Origin: a virus
Strand: one strand, 5' to 3'
DNA length: 64,000 nucleotides
IMG/VR virus record: IMGVR_UViG_3300010885_072825
Span: 32,001-96,000 of that record
In this document: positions 1 through 9,749 of the stretch, piece by piece
Numbering within the stretch: position 1 is the stretch's first letter
How the letters are laid out: each line of letters begins with the position of its first letter
Notes under the pieces: generated by a model
What the model was told of the DNA's origin: nothing
Seen by the model: the letters and a program-made list of their open reading frames with translations, nothing else
Databases searched by the model: none
Position numbers and translations under genes: made by a program

Positions 1-2
1 CA

Positions 3-149
3 GAAATTGATATTCTCAAGATGAATGTCAATACTCTGGAACAGCAGCTTCGGTCTGCTTACATGAGAATCAACGAACTTCGTGTTGAAGTTGAATCATA
101 TAAGCGGACCAAAAAGAAGTCTGTTCAAAAATTACCATCTGCTAGTTGA
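3..149 (+). CDS. partial (5'-truncated) coiled-coil protein
   Basis: Hand-translated open frame from the window edge: EIDILKMNVNTLEQQLRSAYMRINELRVEVESYKRTKKKSVQKLPSAS*, with heptad pattern; not in ORF track. Confidence 0.5.
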   Translation, partial: EIDILKMNVNTLEQQLRSAYMRINELRVEVESYKRTKKKSVQKLPSAS

Positions 150-598
150 AGACAACGGAGTCCAGCAGATCTCCAAAATGAAACTACTTGGTTTCTGTCG
201 TCAAAAGCCATAGTAGGATCAAATCCATCTGCTCGCATTTTTTCCAAAATTTCTGCTTTAATAACATGGTCTGGTCGATAATCTCGAGCCGGCCGCATAT
301 ACAGTCGCTCATAGACGAATCCATTATCTGCTAGCCAATCTTCAGTTACTTGTCGTTGTTCTTCTCCGCGACCAGACGCAAACAGCATGGTAACGCCCAT
401 CTGTCGAATTACGTTATAAAGCCAAAGCACGTCTGGATAGACTGTGTCTAGATGCATAGTATTGTTGAATGCACCCCAATTCTTGTTACCATCTCGAACA
501 TAATGGCGGCGGTGACTGATGTTTGCTACTGTACCATCAATATCGAAGATGACGGCGGTTGGAATTCCCAGAACTGGCGTTTCAATATTTTCAGTCAT
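125..598 (-). CDS. HAD-family polynucleotide 3'-phosphatase (stand-alone T4 PseT/PNK C-terminal-like domain)
   Basis: DIDGT (DxDGT) motif, SGR, LYMRP..DYRPD..IK, FDDRNQVV..WR..GL.CLQ. Confidence 0.85.
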   Translation of the reverse strand: MTENIETPVLGIPTAVIFDIDGTVANISHRRHYVRDGNKNWGAFNNTMHLDTVYPDVLWLYNVIRQMGVTMLFASGRGEEQRQVTEDWLADNGFVYERLYMRPARDYRPDHVIKAEILEKMRADGFDPTMAFDDRNQVVSFWRSAGLRCLQLADGNF

Positions 599-621
599 TT
601 TTCTTTTCCTACGATAAATTT

Positions 622-650
622 CTTATACAAGTATCAAGTTGATAAGTCAA
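622..650 (-). promoter_or_regulatory. sigma70-type promoter TTGACT-N17-TATAAG
   Basis: Minus-strand -35/-10 boxes with 17-nt spacer directly upstream of the 598 start. Confidence 0.6.
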
Positions 651-651
651 C

Positions 652-676
652 AAAAAAGGGCCTTTCGGCCCTCTTT
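652..676 (-). terminator. Rho-independent terminator
   Basis: Minus strand AGAGGGCC-GAAA-GGCCCTTTTTT: GC stem, GNRA loop, U tract. Confidence 0.85.
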
Positions 677-695
677 GAAGACCTGTATTGGTTGA

Positions 696-788
696 TCAAA
701 TTCGAACAAATGCTACTAGCATGGATGCCATCAGGATCCAAAACATCGTCCAACCTGCTTTGTTGATCATTTCATATTGATGTTTCAT
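696..788 (-). CDS. 30-aa single-TM peptide MKHQYEMINKAGWTMFWILMASMLVAFVRI
   Basis: AAGGAG RBS 6 nt before ATG, TATAAATA at 844-851 upstream, terminator downstream; below ORF-track cutoff. Confidence 0.65.
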   Translation of the reverse strand: MKHQYEMINKAGWTMFWILMASMLVAFVRI

Positions 789-843
789 CGCTATCTCCTT
801 TCCAAAAAAATATGCAACAAATCGCTTTGCTGCACTACAAACT

Positions 844-851
844 TATTTATA
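844..851 (-). promoter_or_regulatory. T4-type late promoter TATAAATA
   Basis: Exact T4 late consensus on minus strand, intergenic. Confidence 0.7.
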
Positions 852-934
852 TAGAAATGCTTCTGAAAAAGCTACCACATAATCAATTTTTACAAAAAAT
901 TCATTTTTCTTGCATTGATTAGTTAACGGAAGTA

Positions 935-1633
935 TCAGACCTTGTAAAATTGTGCTATTCGGTCCCACATCTTTTGTTCATACAATCGCCAATCAGACCC
1001 TTCAATCACAAATTCCAAATATTGTGGTTTTGATTGGAGTGTATCTGGTTGCACACACATCATGATCACACCGGTTTCAATTTTTGTTCCAAACATCTTG
1101 TTATGTGCGGTTCCATAAAACACTTCTTGTATGAAGTAGTCGTCAATCCATTCTCGCTTTTTAACTTTGTTGGATTGTTTGTAGTCAATAATAGCAGGAC
1201 GATTTTTCCAAACGCCTACTCCATCAGTTGTGCCAGCGTATAATTCACTGTAATACAAAGCAGTTTCAATACCCCAGAATTCAGAAACATTGGATAATCC
1301 ATGCTCAATAATTTCATTATGCATCAACCAACTGGGTATCGCCATGGGATTGGTTGGTCGAGGATCTGGTTTTCCCAATACCCAATTTTCCAAATATTTG
1401 TGCATTCGAGTACCGCGTGAACTGGATTCTTCTGAAATAGTCTGTGCTTTTTTATCACCAACTCGTTTACGCCAATTGTCTAAAGATTGTTTACTGTCTA
1501 ATGACTTGGTACTGTCCAATATAGTAGTAACAGATGATAATAATTGTCCACATGGTGTTTGATAAGTTCTATGCCCATCTACTTCAACTCTGGACATGGG
1601 CAAATATTCAAATCGATTAGTAAGTGGGATCAT
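935..1633 (-). CDS. PD-(D/E)XK exonuclease (lambda-exo/Cas4/MGME1-like phage exonuclease)
   Basis: SVTTIL, RGTRMH, E..LY...YAGTTD, IIDYKQS, DYFIQ motifs. Confidence 0.8.
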   Translation of the reverse strand: MIPLTNRFEYLPMSRVEVDGHRTYQTPCGQLLSSVTTILDSTKSLDSKQSLDNWRKRVGDKKAQTISEESSSRGTRMHKYLENWVLGKPDPRPTNPMAIPSWLMHNEIIEHGLSNVSEFWGIETALYYSELYAGTTDGVGVWKNRPAIIDYKQSNKVKKREWIDDYFIQEVFYGTAHNKMFGTKIETGVIMMCVQPDTLQSKPQYLEFVIEGSDWRLYEQKMWDRIAQFYKV

Positions 1634-1651
1634 ATGCCAGTCTATTGAATT

Positions 1652-2158
1652 TCAAATCAAAGATGCTACTCTATTGCGTTCCAATAATTGGAATTCTTGA
1701 TAATTGGCAATTTTTATAAATTGACTGTTTGCCAAAACTTGTTTCAATGTGATTAAATCAATCGTTGTTTTTACAGATTGAAAATATATTTGATTTTCTT
1801 CAGAATCATTAATAAAATAAACAACAGGCTTTAACTCCACTTCAGACCCTGAACGCCCTGATTTTAACCAAACACTGTCGAGTCCCATGTACTGATATAT
1901 GGAAACTATACCATTGACAATGCTTGGTTTTTTATTTGAATTTCGTTGTTGCATTAAGTCTGCTATCTTTTCAGCAATTGATGCTTTACCGTCACCAAAC
2001 TCTTTAATTAAGAGCAGCCCACTAATCGTATCTGCTTTTTCTGGAAGTGCTTTTATTTCATCAACTGTCATGGTTCGACTGTTTTTCACTAATTCAATTA
2101 TTCGGGGTTTTTTTGAAGCCAGCAGCAATTGATCTGGACCATAGAGACTGCTTCGCAT
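1652..2158 (-). CDS. hypothetical protein
   Basis: 168-aa ORF tightly packed in the minus-strand operon. Confidence 0.6.
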   Translation of the reverse strand: MRSSLYGPDQLLLASKKPRIIELVKNSRTMTVDEIKALPEKADTISGLLLIKEFGDGKASIAEKIADLMQQRNSNKKPSIVNGIVSIYQYMGLDSVWLKSGRSGSEVELKPVVYFINDSEENQIYFQSVKTTIDLITLKQVLANSQFIKIANYQEFQLLERNRVASLI

Positions 2159-2162
2159 CAGC

Positions 2163-2789
2163 TCACCAATTGACCTGCCAGTTGAAAGTGTTTCCAGTAT
2201 TGGTATTTGTAACTCGGTTTATATTATATCCCAAATTAGTGAAGTAATTTATTACTGTGGCCATTTGATCTTGATAGGGAGCAGTCAAATTTGTATTACT
2301 AGCTGGCATGTTTTGCCAAACATTAAAATAGTCAGTGGCTGTATTCCAAGTAGTGATCAACAAATTACCTGTGCCAGGATTTGTAATATCAATGGGAGTT
2401 GGTATGCCGGCGGTGGAATTTTCCAAACTAGCGGCCAGTTTAATATTGTTGGGATCCTGATAAATGGTCCAGTAAATCGTATTTGACGTTAGTGGTGTCG
2501 CAATATTGCCTGTCCCAGTAACTGTAATTGGTGTACCAGCAGGTAGTTCATGATTAGTGATTGTAAATGAATTTGTAGATGTATTAATATTGGCATTTGA
2601 AACCGCAAATACTTGGTTAACCGTTGAAGTCATAATAGTTGTATTGGTCACTGTTGCAGAGTAATATCCTAATTTAACTGAATCAAGAACTGCTTCTTCA
2701 ATAGTCCTGGCTTCTGAATGAATTATTTGATCCTTAACAGCATTGGTTCTAGCTTCAGTCGCAGTAATAAAGATTGTATTCCCACTCAA
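2163..2789 (-). CDS. putative virion structural protein with beta-rich insert
   Basis: T/N-rich; FTITNHEL..GTPI...LTSNTIYW...NIKLAAS segment typical of phage tail/baseplate accessory domains. Confidence 0.55.
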   Translation of the reverse strand: MSGNTIFITATEARTNAVKDQIIHSEARTIEEAVLDSVKLGYYSATVTNTTIMTSTVNQVFAVSNANINTSTNSFTITNHELPAGTPITVTGTGNIATPLTSNTIYWTIYQDPNNIKLAASLENSTAGIPTPIDITNPGTGNLLITTWNTATDYFNVWQNMPASNTNLTAPYQDQMATVINYFTNLGYNINRVTNTNTGNTFNWQVNW

Positions 2790-3130
2790 AATAGACTCCT
2801 ATCTTTTTTTGCTGCTCGACTTGCCATGTTCATCACATGTTCAACATCATCAACTTCTTTGTCTCGTGGTTGGTCTTCAAAACTGGTTTCTTCTTCGGGT
2901 GTTAGATAAACTGTTTCATCATCCATGTGATCAACAATGGGCAAATCTTCAAGTATGTCATATACAGTTGCTGCATCAACATCCACATGAATATCAATCA
3001 ATCCTTGTATGATATCTTGAATAGGCACAGAATTTTTATCAGTTGCTTTATAAACTACCAATTGATTTATGATTTCTTCTTTGACGTGATCTTCATATTC
3101 TGATTCACATAGCAAGTCTCGATATCTCAT
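2786..3130 (-). CDS. acidic hypothetical protein, possibly head-associated
   Basis: ORF with ATGA overlaps; N-terminus MRYRDLLCE|S resembles the putative protease-leader motif. Confidence 0.6.
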   Translation of the reverse strand: MRYRDLLCESEYEDHVKEEIINQLVVYKATDKNSVPIQDIIQGLIDIHVDVDAATVYDILEDLPIVDHMDDETVYLTPEEETSFEDQPRDKEVDDVEHVMNMASRAAKKDRSLF

Positions 3131-5796
3131 TTTAGTTTTGTCTTCTTCAGTGATTGAATTGTATTTTTGAAATTATCAGGATTGATTAATACTGATTCAT
3201 TTAGTAGTTTCCCATTTAACGATACCCAAAAATCACGAGCTTTTTGAGATTCAAAAAATTGACTTTTACGAGTCTTGTTTTCTGTCCAAATAATACCCCA
3301 TGGAGTTTTTGCAGATTCAGCTACTAAATTAATGTCAGACAAAACTCGTTGCTTCTTATTAAGAAGTTTGACAGATTCCTGTATTAAACTAGACAGCGTT
3401 GCTTTGATTGCTCGGTTTTCTTGAACAATCTTTAATTTCTTGCCTTCGAGTACGTCAGCCTCAATACCTTGTCCAAATCCCAAAAGATCAGGCTGGTTAT
3501 TTTCATTTAGGCGGCGAGCATAAGTTTTTCTATGTTCTTCTAATTTTTGATCCAAATTACGAATAGCTTGTTGATTAAGCTTGGTAACAGTTTCAAGCCT
3601 AGAAATTCTTTTTAGCGGTGCAACTTTTAGGAGTGATTCATAAATCGCTTTTGCTCGGCGATTTTCTGCTCCAGTTGATGTTCCACCAGTTCGGTTAAAT
3701 TCTCGTTGTGCCTGCATTTTTGCAAACAATTTAAGTGACTCAGTTAGTGTTCGACCTTCATCTGCCATGTGTGCCACGTGGTGATGTCCATCTTCATCAG
3801 TTCCCAAATGACCCCAATCAGAATTTAATTCCAGCCACTTGTTGCAATCTGCTACTGAATGGAATACTTTGGTATCAAACCGTTTGCCATATGACATGAA
3901 TGTTCCTGATTTGGGAGCAATTTTTGTTTCTTCATGATTACGACGATATTTGATATCAAGAGATAAGACGTCTCCCTTGTGCTTACTCAACCAATCTTGA
4001 TATGCTTCAAAAGTTTTGAATTCAACTTCTCCCTTTTGTCCAGATGCAGTCAAATATGTCACTGTGATTTTTGATATTTCATTTTTAAATTCTGTATCTG
4101 CTATTGACTCAGTAAGTGGTTCTTCAGCGCTGAGTTTCTTTTTGCCATCTTCTGGTTCCAGAGACCAGCCACCTTCACCTTTTTCAGACTGAGGATGTTC
4201 GGCCTTCTTATTTCTTCCCAAAGGCGAATTAGTTGGGCCTGAATCTGGTCCCATGCCTGTAAAATCATCAGTTGGCATCTTTTTTTGTTTTGGTTCTTTT
4301 CCACCCATGTCACTGGAATCATCCATTCCGCCCATGTCCCATTCAGGTGCTTTGGCAGAATCCAAGTCAGTAGCAGCAGTAGGAACCTGTCCAGATTGCA
4401 GGCTCATGATAGCATTATCAGTTGCATCTTTCGCTGTAATTGCAGTTTGAAGAAGCGTATCAAGTTGAGCTTTGACAATTTCATTAAAGCTTTGCGCAAT
4501 CTCTATACCAAATTGACGTTTCATAACATCTACCAATGGCATGAGATCTTCAACTCCCATTTTAGCAGATTGTTCTGCTATTTTCTGCAAACGGTCACTG
4601 ATGTCTTGTGCAGCAAGTAGAGTCTGTGCATTAGCAATTTCATCAGTGGGGCGATTGGCAATGCCCATTCTGCCATAACTGGCTTCTCTTAATTTTCTCA
4701 TGTTGGTGGCTTTCTGATTTGATTTGTTTTTCTCTCCTAATACTGTGCCTTGTACTTGTGCAGCTTGTGGTACAGGATTTGAAGTTACAGTCGTAGTAGT
4801 TGGGGCAGTATTTGGTTTTGCGACTACTGTATTTGTAGATGGTGCTGCATTTGCGGCTCGTGCTGGTTGGTTTGGTGGCGGTGGAGGAACAAGTACTTCT
4901 TCATCCAATTCACCATCCTGCCATTTTACGCCCTGCATATCACGCGGGTAAGTGGATTTTAAATGTTGAATTATTTTGGCATTATCCCAAGCAGGATTCA
5001 CTGAAGCGATTAACGTAGTTGCTGGAAGTTGTCCTTTGGTGTCAACCAAACAAATGTCTGTACGAGGTTTTCCAGTCACTCGATCTTTTAAAACCTTGCC
5101 TGTTTTTCCAGTTTTGACTTTTTGAATTTGCAGCGCAGTGCCTGTAAAATAACCCAGTATATGACTATCTGTTTTATAAACTGTTGAATTATTTTCTGGA
5201 TCTTGAGTTTCCATCACGTCTTCTGGTATTTCTTGCACTATGATTTTGATATTAAATCGTTCTTGGTCTACAAAATTATATCGACCTTTGTTATTACCCA
5301 GATCCTTGTATTCGCAAGTGTCAACGTTGAATAGACTCAATGACATGTCACCAGTTTCTGAACTATAATCATCTATAGCAAATTCCACTGCATGCACGTC
5401 ACTGGGAGCCATAAGATCCACATTAAAAATTTCCTTCTGATCACGATAGATTGTTACACCATAATGGTTACCTGGGAGATCATCACCTTCGGGTGTGACA
5501 AAAGATTCCTGGATGTTTTTCTTCGGACGGCGCTTGGGTGCTATTTCTTTGAGATATATTTTGCAGGCTTCTAAAATCAACATTGTTGCCGCGTAACGTG
5601 GATTAGTCATATAACTGTTGAAAGAGCTGGATCCAACAATCTGCTTTTTTTCAATTTCAGTGGTTTCTTGAAGGTGTAAAATTTGATCAATAGTGCGTTT
5701 GGCAAAATTGATTCGAATGCCATGTGTTTCATTCAATGTTTTTAGAATCTTTTGTAATTTGTAATTGCCGCCAGATCCAATATTATCCAAATTCAT
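3127..5796 (-). CDS. large late protein, putative prohead core/internal head protein
   Basis: 889 aa; late promoter at 5857-5862; coiled-coil and low-complexity linkers; many L/I-x-E|S/A sites (NIQES, KLREA, PLTES, TLTES, LIQES, LLNES). Confidence 0.55.
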   Translation of the reverse strand: MNLDNIGSGGNYKLQKILKTLNETHGIRINFAKRTIDQILHLQETTEIEKKQIVGSSSFNSYMTNPRYAATMLILEACKIYLKEIAPKRRPKKNIQESFVTPEGDDLPGNHYGVTIYRDQKEIFNVDLMAPSDVHAVEFAIDDYSSETGDMSLSLFNVDTCEYKDLGNNKGRYNFVDQERFNIKIIVQEIPEDVMETQDPENNSTVYKTDSHILGYFTGTALQIQKVKTGKTGKVLKDRVTGKPRTDICLVDTKGQLPATTLIASVNPAWDNAKIIQHLKSTYPRDMQGVKWQDGELDEEVLVPPPPPNQPARAANAAPSTNTVVAKPNTAPTTTTVTSNPVPQAAQVQGTVLGEKNKSNQKATNMRKLREASYGRMGIANRPTDEIANAQTLLAAQDISDRLQKIAEQSAKMGVEDLMPLVDVMKRQFGIEIAQSFNEIVKAQLDTLLQTAITAKDATDNAIMSLQSGQVPTAATDLDSAKAPEWDMGGMDDSSDMGGKEPKQKKMPTDDFTGMGPDSGPTNSPLGRNKKAEHPQSEKGEGGWSLEPEDGKKKLSAEEPLTESIADTEFKNEISKITVTYLTASGQKGEVEFKTFEAYQDWLSKHKGDVLSLDIKYRRNHEETKIAPKSGTFMSYGKRFDTKVFHSVADCNKWLELNSDWGHLGTDEDGHHHVAHMADEGRTLTESLKLFAKMQAQREFNRTGGTSTGAENRRAKAIYESLLKVAPLKRISRLETVTKLNQQAIRNLDQKLEEHRKTYARRLNENNQPDLLGFGQGIEADVLEGKKLKIVQENRAIKATLSSLIQESVKLLNKKQRVLSDINLVAESAKTPWGIIWTENKTRKSQFFESQKARDFWVSLNGKLLNESVLINPDNFKNTIQSLKKTKLK

Positions 5797-5887
5797 TCTC
5801 TACCTTTTTGACAAAACTTTGCCTTTCTTGCGAAAACACAAAGAGTTTATATTGGTTATTTATGCCAATTGGAGGAATTTATTTTTT

Positions 5888-6553
5888 TCAAATGTTTTCA
5901 GCAATTGAACGAATGTTTTGTTTACATTCCATTGCCCGCTGCATACTTGCTTGGAAACGTGCTTCATACAAATCTATTTTTTCAAATAGATTCTTTTTTT
6001 CTGCTGTGCGAACTTTTCTTTTATATCCAAGCGCATCTATCTTGTGATTCGCATATCCGTTGTCATATTCAAATAACCGACTTATTTTTGGATTGTTCAC
6101 AAAATGACCAGAATTCAACAGCTTGACTACTGATAAAGCAGTTTCATAAAGAGTTACTTGTTCTGCAATAATATCACCGCTTCTAATATGGTAGATATTA
6201 TAATATTGTTTGCCAGCAACTCTGTTGGGATCTTCACAACGATCAATTTGATACTGCCCAACTTTTATTCCAGATGAATTAACACTAGTGGTAATAGCGG
6301 TTTGTATTTCGGTATTTCTAACTGACTCAGTTACTAAACTATCAGTTACATCATCAGTTATATTATTCAGTTTTGAAAGCAGGTCTGTCATTGCTGAAAT
6401 ATCACGCTTGGTGGGGCCACGTTCAAGGACAATGGGATCCTGTGCTTCTGACAAATTTATCGACATTCCTGGCAGTGGAGCAGGCGGTGGATCACCATTC
6501 AAAATTGCTCGTAAACGAGCCATTTCATAAACTTCCTGTGGAGTTACTGTCAT
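5888..6553 (-). CDS. hypothetical protein
   Basis: 221-aa ORF, TAATG-coupled to upstream gene; LVTES site. Confidence 0.65.
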   Translation of the reverse strand: MTVTPQEVYEMARLRAILNGDPPPAPLPGMSINLSEAQDPIVLERGPTKRDISAMTDLLSKLNNITDDVTDSLVTESVRNTEIQTAITTSVNSSGIKVGQYQIDRCEDPNRVAGKQYYNIYHIRSGDIIAEQVTLYETALSVVKLLNSGHFVNNPKISRLFEYDNGYANHKIDALGYKRKVRTAEKKNLFEKIDLYEARFQASMQRAMECKQNIRSIAENI

Positions 6554-6783
6554 TAATCTCTCCTGACGTCTTCTAATCCATTGTAAGTAAAAACTAGTTG
6601 GTCTGCAATTTTAAATCTGTTGAATACACCTTTGACAACCAAGTTGCGAGCTACTTCCTGTTGTCTCTCATTCAATGCTCGTTTTTTAACAGGTTCAGGA
6701 CTTGACTTTACCTGTTCTACTAAAAGCAATTCTTCATTACTGACAACAACCAACATGTTGCCTTCTACTTCAATAAATTTCAT
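6553..6783 (-). CDS. small hypothetical protein (possible winged-helix)
   Basis: LNERQQEVARNLVVKGVFNR pattern; translationally coupled. Confidence 0.6.
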   Translation of the reverse strand: MKFIEVEGNMLVVVSNEELLLVEQVKSSPEPVKKRALNERQQEVARNLVVKGVFNRFKIADQLVFTYNGLEDVRRD

Positions 6784-7295
6784 TAGGGGGCGATCTTTGT
6801 CTTAAGCCATTCTGCTTCTTGTTTGGTAAGCGGCAATGTAACTTGACCATTTTCACTTATAAAATCAGCATCCGCAATTCTATTATTCAATTTACGATAA
6901 ATGTCTTTTTGCATTTGGTCAGTTTCTTCAGTGACGATTTCTTTGGGTTCTACGCCAGCCAATTGCATCATGCGATTGATGGGAGACAGGGATGTCATGC
7001 CCATTACCATTTCATCTAATTTAGTTAAATCTGATTTAGCAACCATTCGGAGTTTCCCTTCAAATAAAATACCTACTGTTTGACGTGGACCTTCTGGAAT
7101 TTTTACCTTCACTTCTGTATTTTGATAGATAACTGTTTCACGCTCTTCAAAAATACGATCCGCATTTTCTAAATTACGCAATTCAGCTTGCGAGAAATGA
7201 CGTTTGGCACGGCGGCTCCAACGATCTTGACGACTGTCATACAATCCTTCAGTTTCATTTAAATCAGTTTGTGTAAATTTTTTCATTGGTCGCAT
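6783..7295 (-). CDS. hypothetical protein
   Basis: AAGGAG RBS; DLNE, LDE and RMMQLAGV..IVTE motifs. Confidence 0.65.
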   Translation of the reverse strand: MRPMKKFTQTDLNETEGLYDSRQDRWSRRAKRHFSQAELRNLENADRIFEERETVIYQNTEVKVKIPEGPRQTVGILFEGKLRMVAKSDLTKLDEMVMGMTSLSPINRMMQLAGVEPKEIVTEETDQMQKDIYRKLNNRIADADFISENGQVTLPLTKQEAEWLKTKIAP

Positions 7296-7462
7296 TCGGG
7301 TTCTCCTTGGTTAGTTGGATCAACAGGAAACATGGATTTATCATTTATAAATGAATTGGTAGTTAGATCCATTGGCTGTTTTATTTTTTTCAAAACACCA
7401 TTCTGTCTTACAAAAACAATTTTTTGATAAGTTATTTTAGTCAGTTCAGGATCAAGTATCAT
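7283..7462 (-). CDS. 59-aa hypothetical protein (missed by ORF track)
   Basis: MILDPELTKITYQKIVFVRQNGVLKKIKQP...; ATGA overlap with the 7459 stop, fills the gap exactly. Confidence 0.55.
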   Translation of the reverse strand: MILDPELTKITYQKIVFVRQNGVLKKIKQPMDLTTNSFINDKSMFPVDPTNQGEPECDQ

Positions 7463-8175
7463 ATTTTATATCCCTGTCTATAATAACTTTCTTTTACTTC
7501 TTTTACTTTGGGTTTTATTTTATTAACCAATTCTCTAATAACAGGTAACCCTTTGATAAATTCATATACGCCAGCTAATTCTTCCTGTGTAATTTCACCA
7601 GATTTAATCTGTTGCAACACAATTTTAAGCTTTTCCATGAACCGAGTTTTGAATTCTTTCATCAATAGTTCACGAACCTGTTGCCAATCATTGGGTGTTA
7701 TTTGTTTATTTTTAACTCGTTCATACATTTCAATTACTAGATCAGCAAATGATTGATTACCATTATTAATCAATTCTTCATGTGCTGCCTTAATTGCTTG
7801 TTCAGGCCCAGTCAATGACTCAGTTGTTTCATCCATGCGATCTGATCGTTCTGATAAAAACCACAATGTTCTACCAGAAGCAATACCCATACAGGCACCA
7901 ACGGTAACAATAATAACCACTGCGACTGCACCTGCAATAAGTGAAATCGTAAATTGTACAATCCCTAGAAAAGTAGATATAATCACCCCCATCACAGCAA
8001 ATGCTACCCAAGCAGCAAATACACCGCCTCCAAACAGGATGGTAATTGCAGTTAATGATTTCAACAGACTTTCATGATCTTTGACTTTGTCAAGCATGTC
8101 ATCGATTCTATTACCAACAGTCGGATTTTTACTTTCAAATAAATCCATATATTTTCTGATTTCTTGACTGCTCAT
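7459..8175 (-). CDS. EIRK-leader protein with two TM helices
   Basis: MSSQEIRKYMDLFE|S N-terminus; long hydrophobic hairpin; TAAATA at 8204-8209. Confidence 0.7.
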   Translation of the reverse strand: MSSQEIRKYMDLFESKNPTVGNRIDDMLDKVKDHESLLKSLTAITILFGGGVFAAWVAFAVMGVIISTFLGIVQFTISLIAGAVAVVIIVTVGACMGIASGRTLWFLSERSDRMDETTESLTGPEQAIKAAHEELINNGNQSFADLVIEMYERVKNKQITPNDWQQVRELLMKEFKTRFMEKLKIVLQQIKSGEITQEELAGVYEFIKGLPVIRELVNKIKPKVKEVKESYYRQGYKI

Positions 8176-8248
8176 TAGATAATCCTATCATGCTTATAAT
8201 GCTTATTTATGTTTTTATTTCATTTTTATATCTAAAAACTCAGTCAAT

Positions 8249-8276
8249 AAAAAAGGCACTGTTGCCAGTGCCTTTT
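8249..8276 (-). terminator. Rho-independent terminator (possibly bidirectional)
   Basis: AAAAGGCACTG-GCAA-CAGTGCCTTTTTT on minus strand. Confidence 0.85.
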
Positions 8277-8296
8277 CTATACTCTAAATTATTGAA

Positions 8297-8902
8297 TTAG
8301 AGAACGTTGCTCAAAAGTGCAAGTGTATTGCGGTTTGTTGCACTCGCTGTTTCAAACACTGTGGTCTGAAGTACAGTTGAAGCTAAATCTACAACAGCAG
8401 TACCTTGAATTGCATCAAGCAGCTGGTAACCAGCTGCATTGGTGTTGTCTGTTGAAGTAGTAGCTTGTACCAACCATGGATTCAAACGGTCAGTAGCAAA
8501 TTTTACTGTGTAAACAGTAGCACTTGAACTATATGCTGATCCAAAAGCAGTTGAATAGCTGTAGCCAGTATAAGTAGCAGCAGCGGGGTTACCAACTGTA
8601 GCTGAAGATATGCTCATAGCAACCAGTGAAGCACGTTGAGAAAACATTTGAACTAGAGTGTTCAAGTTAGCTTGTTTGTTAAACGCGTCTTGATAAGATG
8701 CTTGGGTAGCATATGTTTGTGCTGTACCAGAACCATCTGTGATTGTGATTGAAACCCAACCAGAAGCAGGGATGTATAGATTTGCAACTGAAGTAGTAAC
8801 GTTGGTTTGTGCTACTGGAACGATAGTAGCTACGTTGTAGTAAGAAATATTACCGGTGATAAATTCGCCGGCTTTGGCATTGCCATTGACACGATCTGTC
8901 AT
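8297..8902 (-). CDS. putative abundant virion protein (head decoration-like)
   Basis: A/T/S-rich 201 aa, AGGAG RBS, own late promoter (8949-8954) and terminator. Confidence 0.55.
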   Translation of the reverse strand: MTDRVNGNAKAGEFITGNISYYNVATIVPVAQTNVTTSVANLYIPASGWVSITITDGSGTAQTYATQASYQDAFNKQANLNTLVQMFSQRASLVAMSISSATVGNPAAATYTGYSYSTAFGSAYSSSATVYTVKFATDRLNPWLVQATTSTDNTNAAGYQLLDAIQGTAVVDLASTVLQTTVFETASATNRNTLALLSNVL

Positions 8903-8974
8903 TTTGCTCTCCTAAGATTAAAATTGCAAAGATTGTTGTTTGCAATGTTATTTATGCAAATGCTCTAGTTTGAG

Positions 8975-9415
8975 TTATTTGCCACGCTTTTTTCGCATTT
9001 TCTTTTCAGCTTGTTTAATATAGCCAAACAAGTTGGGCTCTCTACTGATGGTTTTACCATAGGGGGTTGCCACTGACGCAATGGATCCTGCACCGGTTGC
9101 GCCAGAACTTGCATCTTCAGATAACGGTGAGTGATTATCAGACATATTCAAATAAGACATTATTTGATCTGCTTTATCCAGGCTAATCAACTGATCATGA
9201 TCCTGTGTATTATATGGATGAGAATCCCATGCAACCGGGTCAATTATTTTTGCAATTGATTGACGATGCTCTTCTTGTTCAGGGGGGACTTCGTCTACCA
9301 GCAGGTCTTCTGGCTGAGGTTTTTCATCTGGAATTTTTGATTTTAAATCAGCATCAATAGATTCCAGTGATTCCATGATGCGTTTTATTTCAGATACTTG
9401 AGTTGGACGAGTCAT
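8975..9415 (-). CDS. hypothetical late protein with EIKR..SLE|S leader
   Basis: AAGGAG RBS, TAAATA at 9435-9440; LSE|DASSGATGAGSIA segment. Confidence 0.65.
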   Translation of the reverse strand: MTRPTQVSEIKRIMESLESIDADLKSKIPDEKPQPEDLLVDEVPPEQEEHRQSIAKIIDPVAWDSHPYNTQDHDQLISLDKADQIMSYLNMSDNHSPLSEDASSGATGAGSIASVATPYGKTISREPNLFGYIKQAEKKMRKKRGK

Positions 9416-9434
9416 TGTATTCTCCTTAGCTTGT

Positions 9435-9466
9435 TATTTATCAGGATCTCAGTTTTCACATAAATA
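9435..9466. promoter_or_regulatory. divergent late promoters (TAAATA on each strand)
   Basis: tattta 9435-9440 and taaata 9461-9466 between divergent genes. Confidence 0.6.
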
Positions 9467-9494
9467 GTCTACAAAACCGAGGAATTTTTCTACG

Positions 9495-9749
9495 ATGAAT
9501 AGTATCATTGATGAACTTAATCGATCAGTACCCGCAAAAAACAAACATGTGGTTATTGAAAATCGAGCAAAACATGTTATTGCCAGTGTTCAAAATCTTG
9601 TGGAATTAATTCGGGACTATTACACACTTGAAGAATCTGAAGAATTGATCAAGCGGTTACAAAAAAGCATATTGACTGGAGATGACCGTAAATTTACTAG
9701 AAAAATAAATGAAATGAAAACTATTTCAAAGAGGCGAATAAATGACTGA
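9495..9749 (+). CDS. small helical hypothetical protein
   Basis: GAGGA RBS, late promoter upstream. Confidence 0.65.
   Translation: MNSIIDELNRSVPAKNKHVVIENRAKHVIASVQNLVELIRDYYTLEESEELIKRLQKSILTGDDRKFTRKINEMKTISKRRIND

Noticed and set aside
935-1633. Cas4 as part of a CRISPR-Cas system
   Set aside because: It lacks the four-Cys Fe-S cluster motif, and no cas genes or array are present; it is a generic phage PD-(D/E)XK exonuclease.
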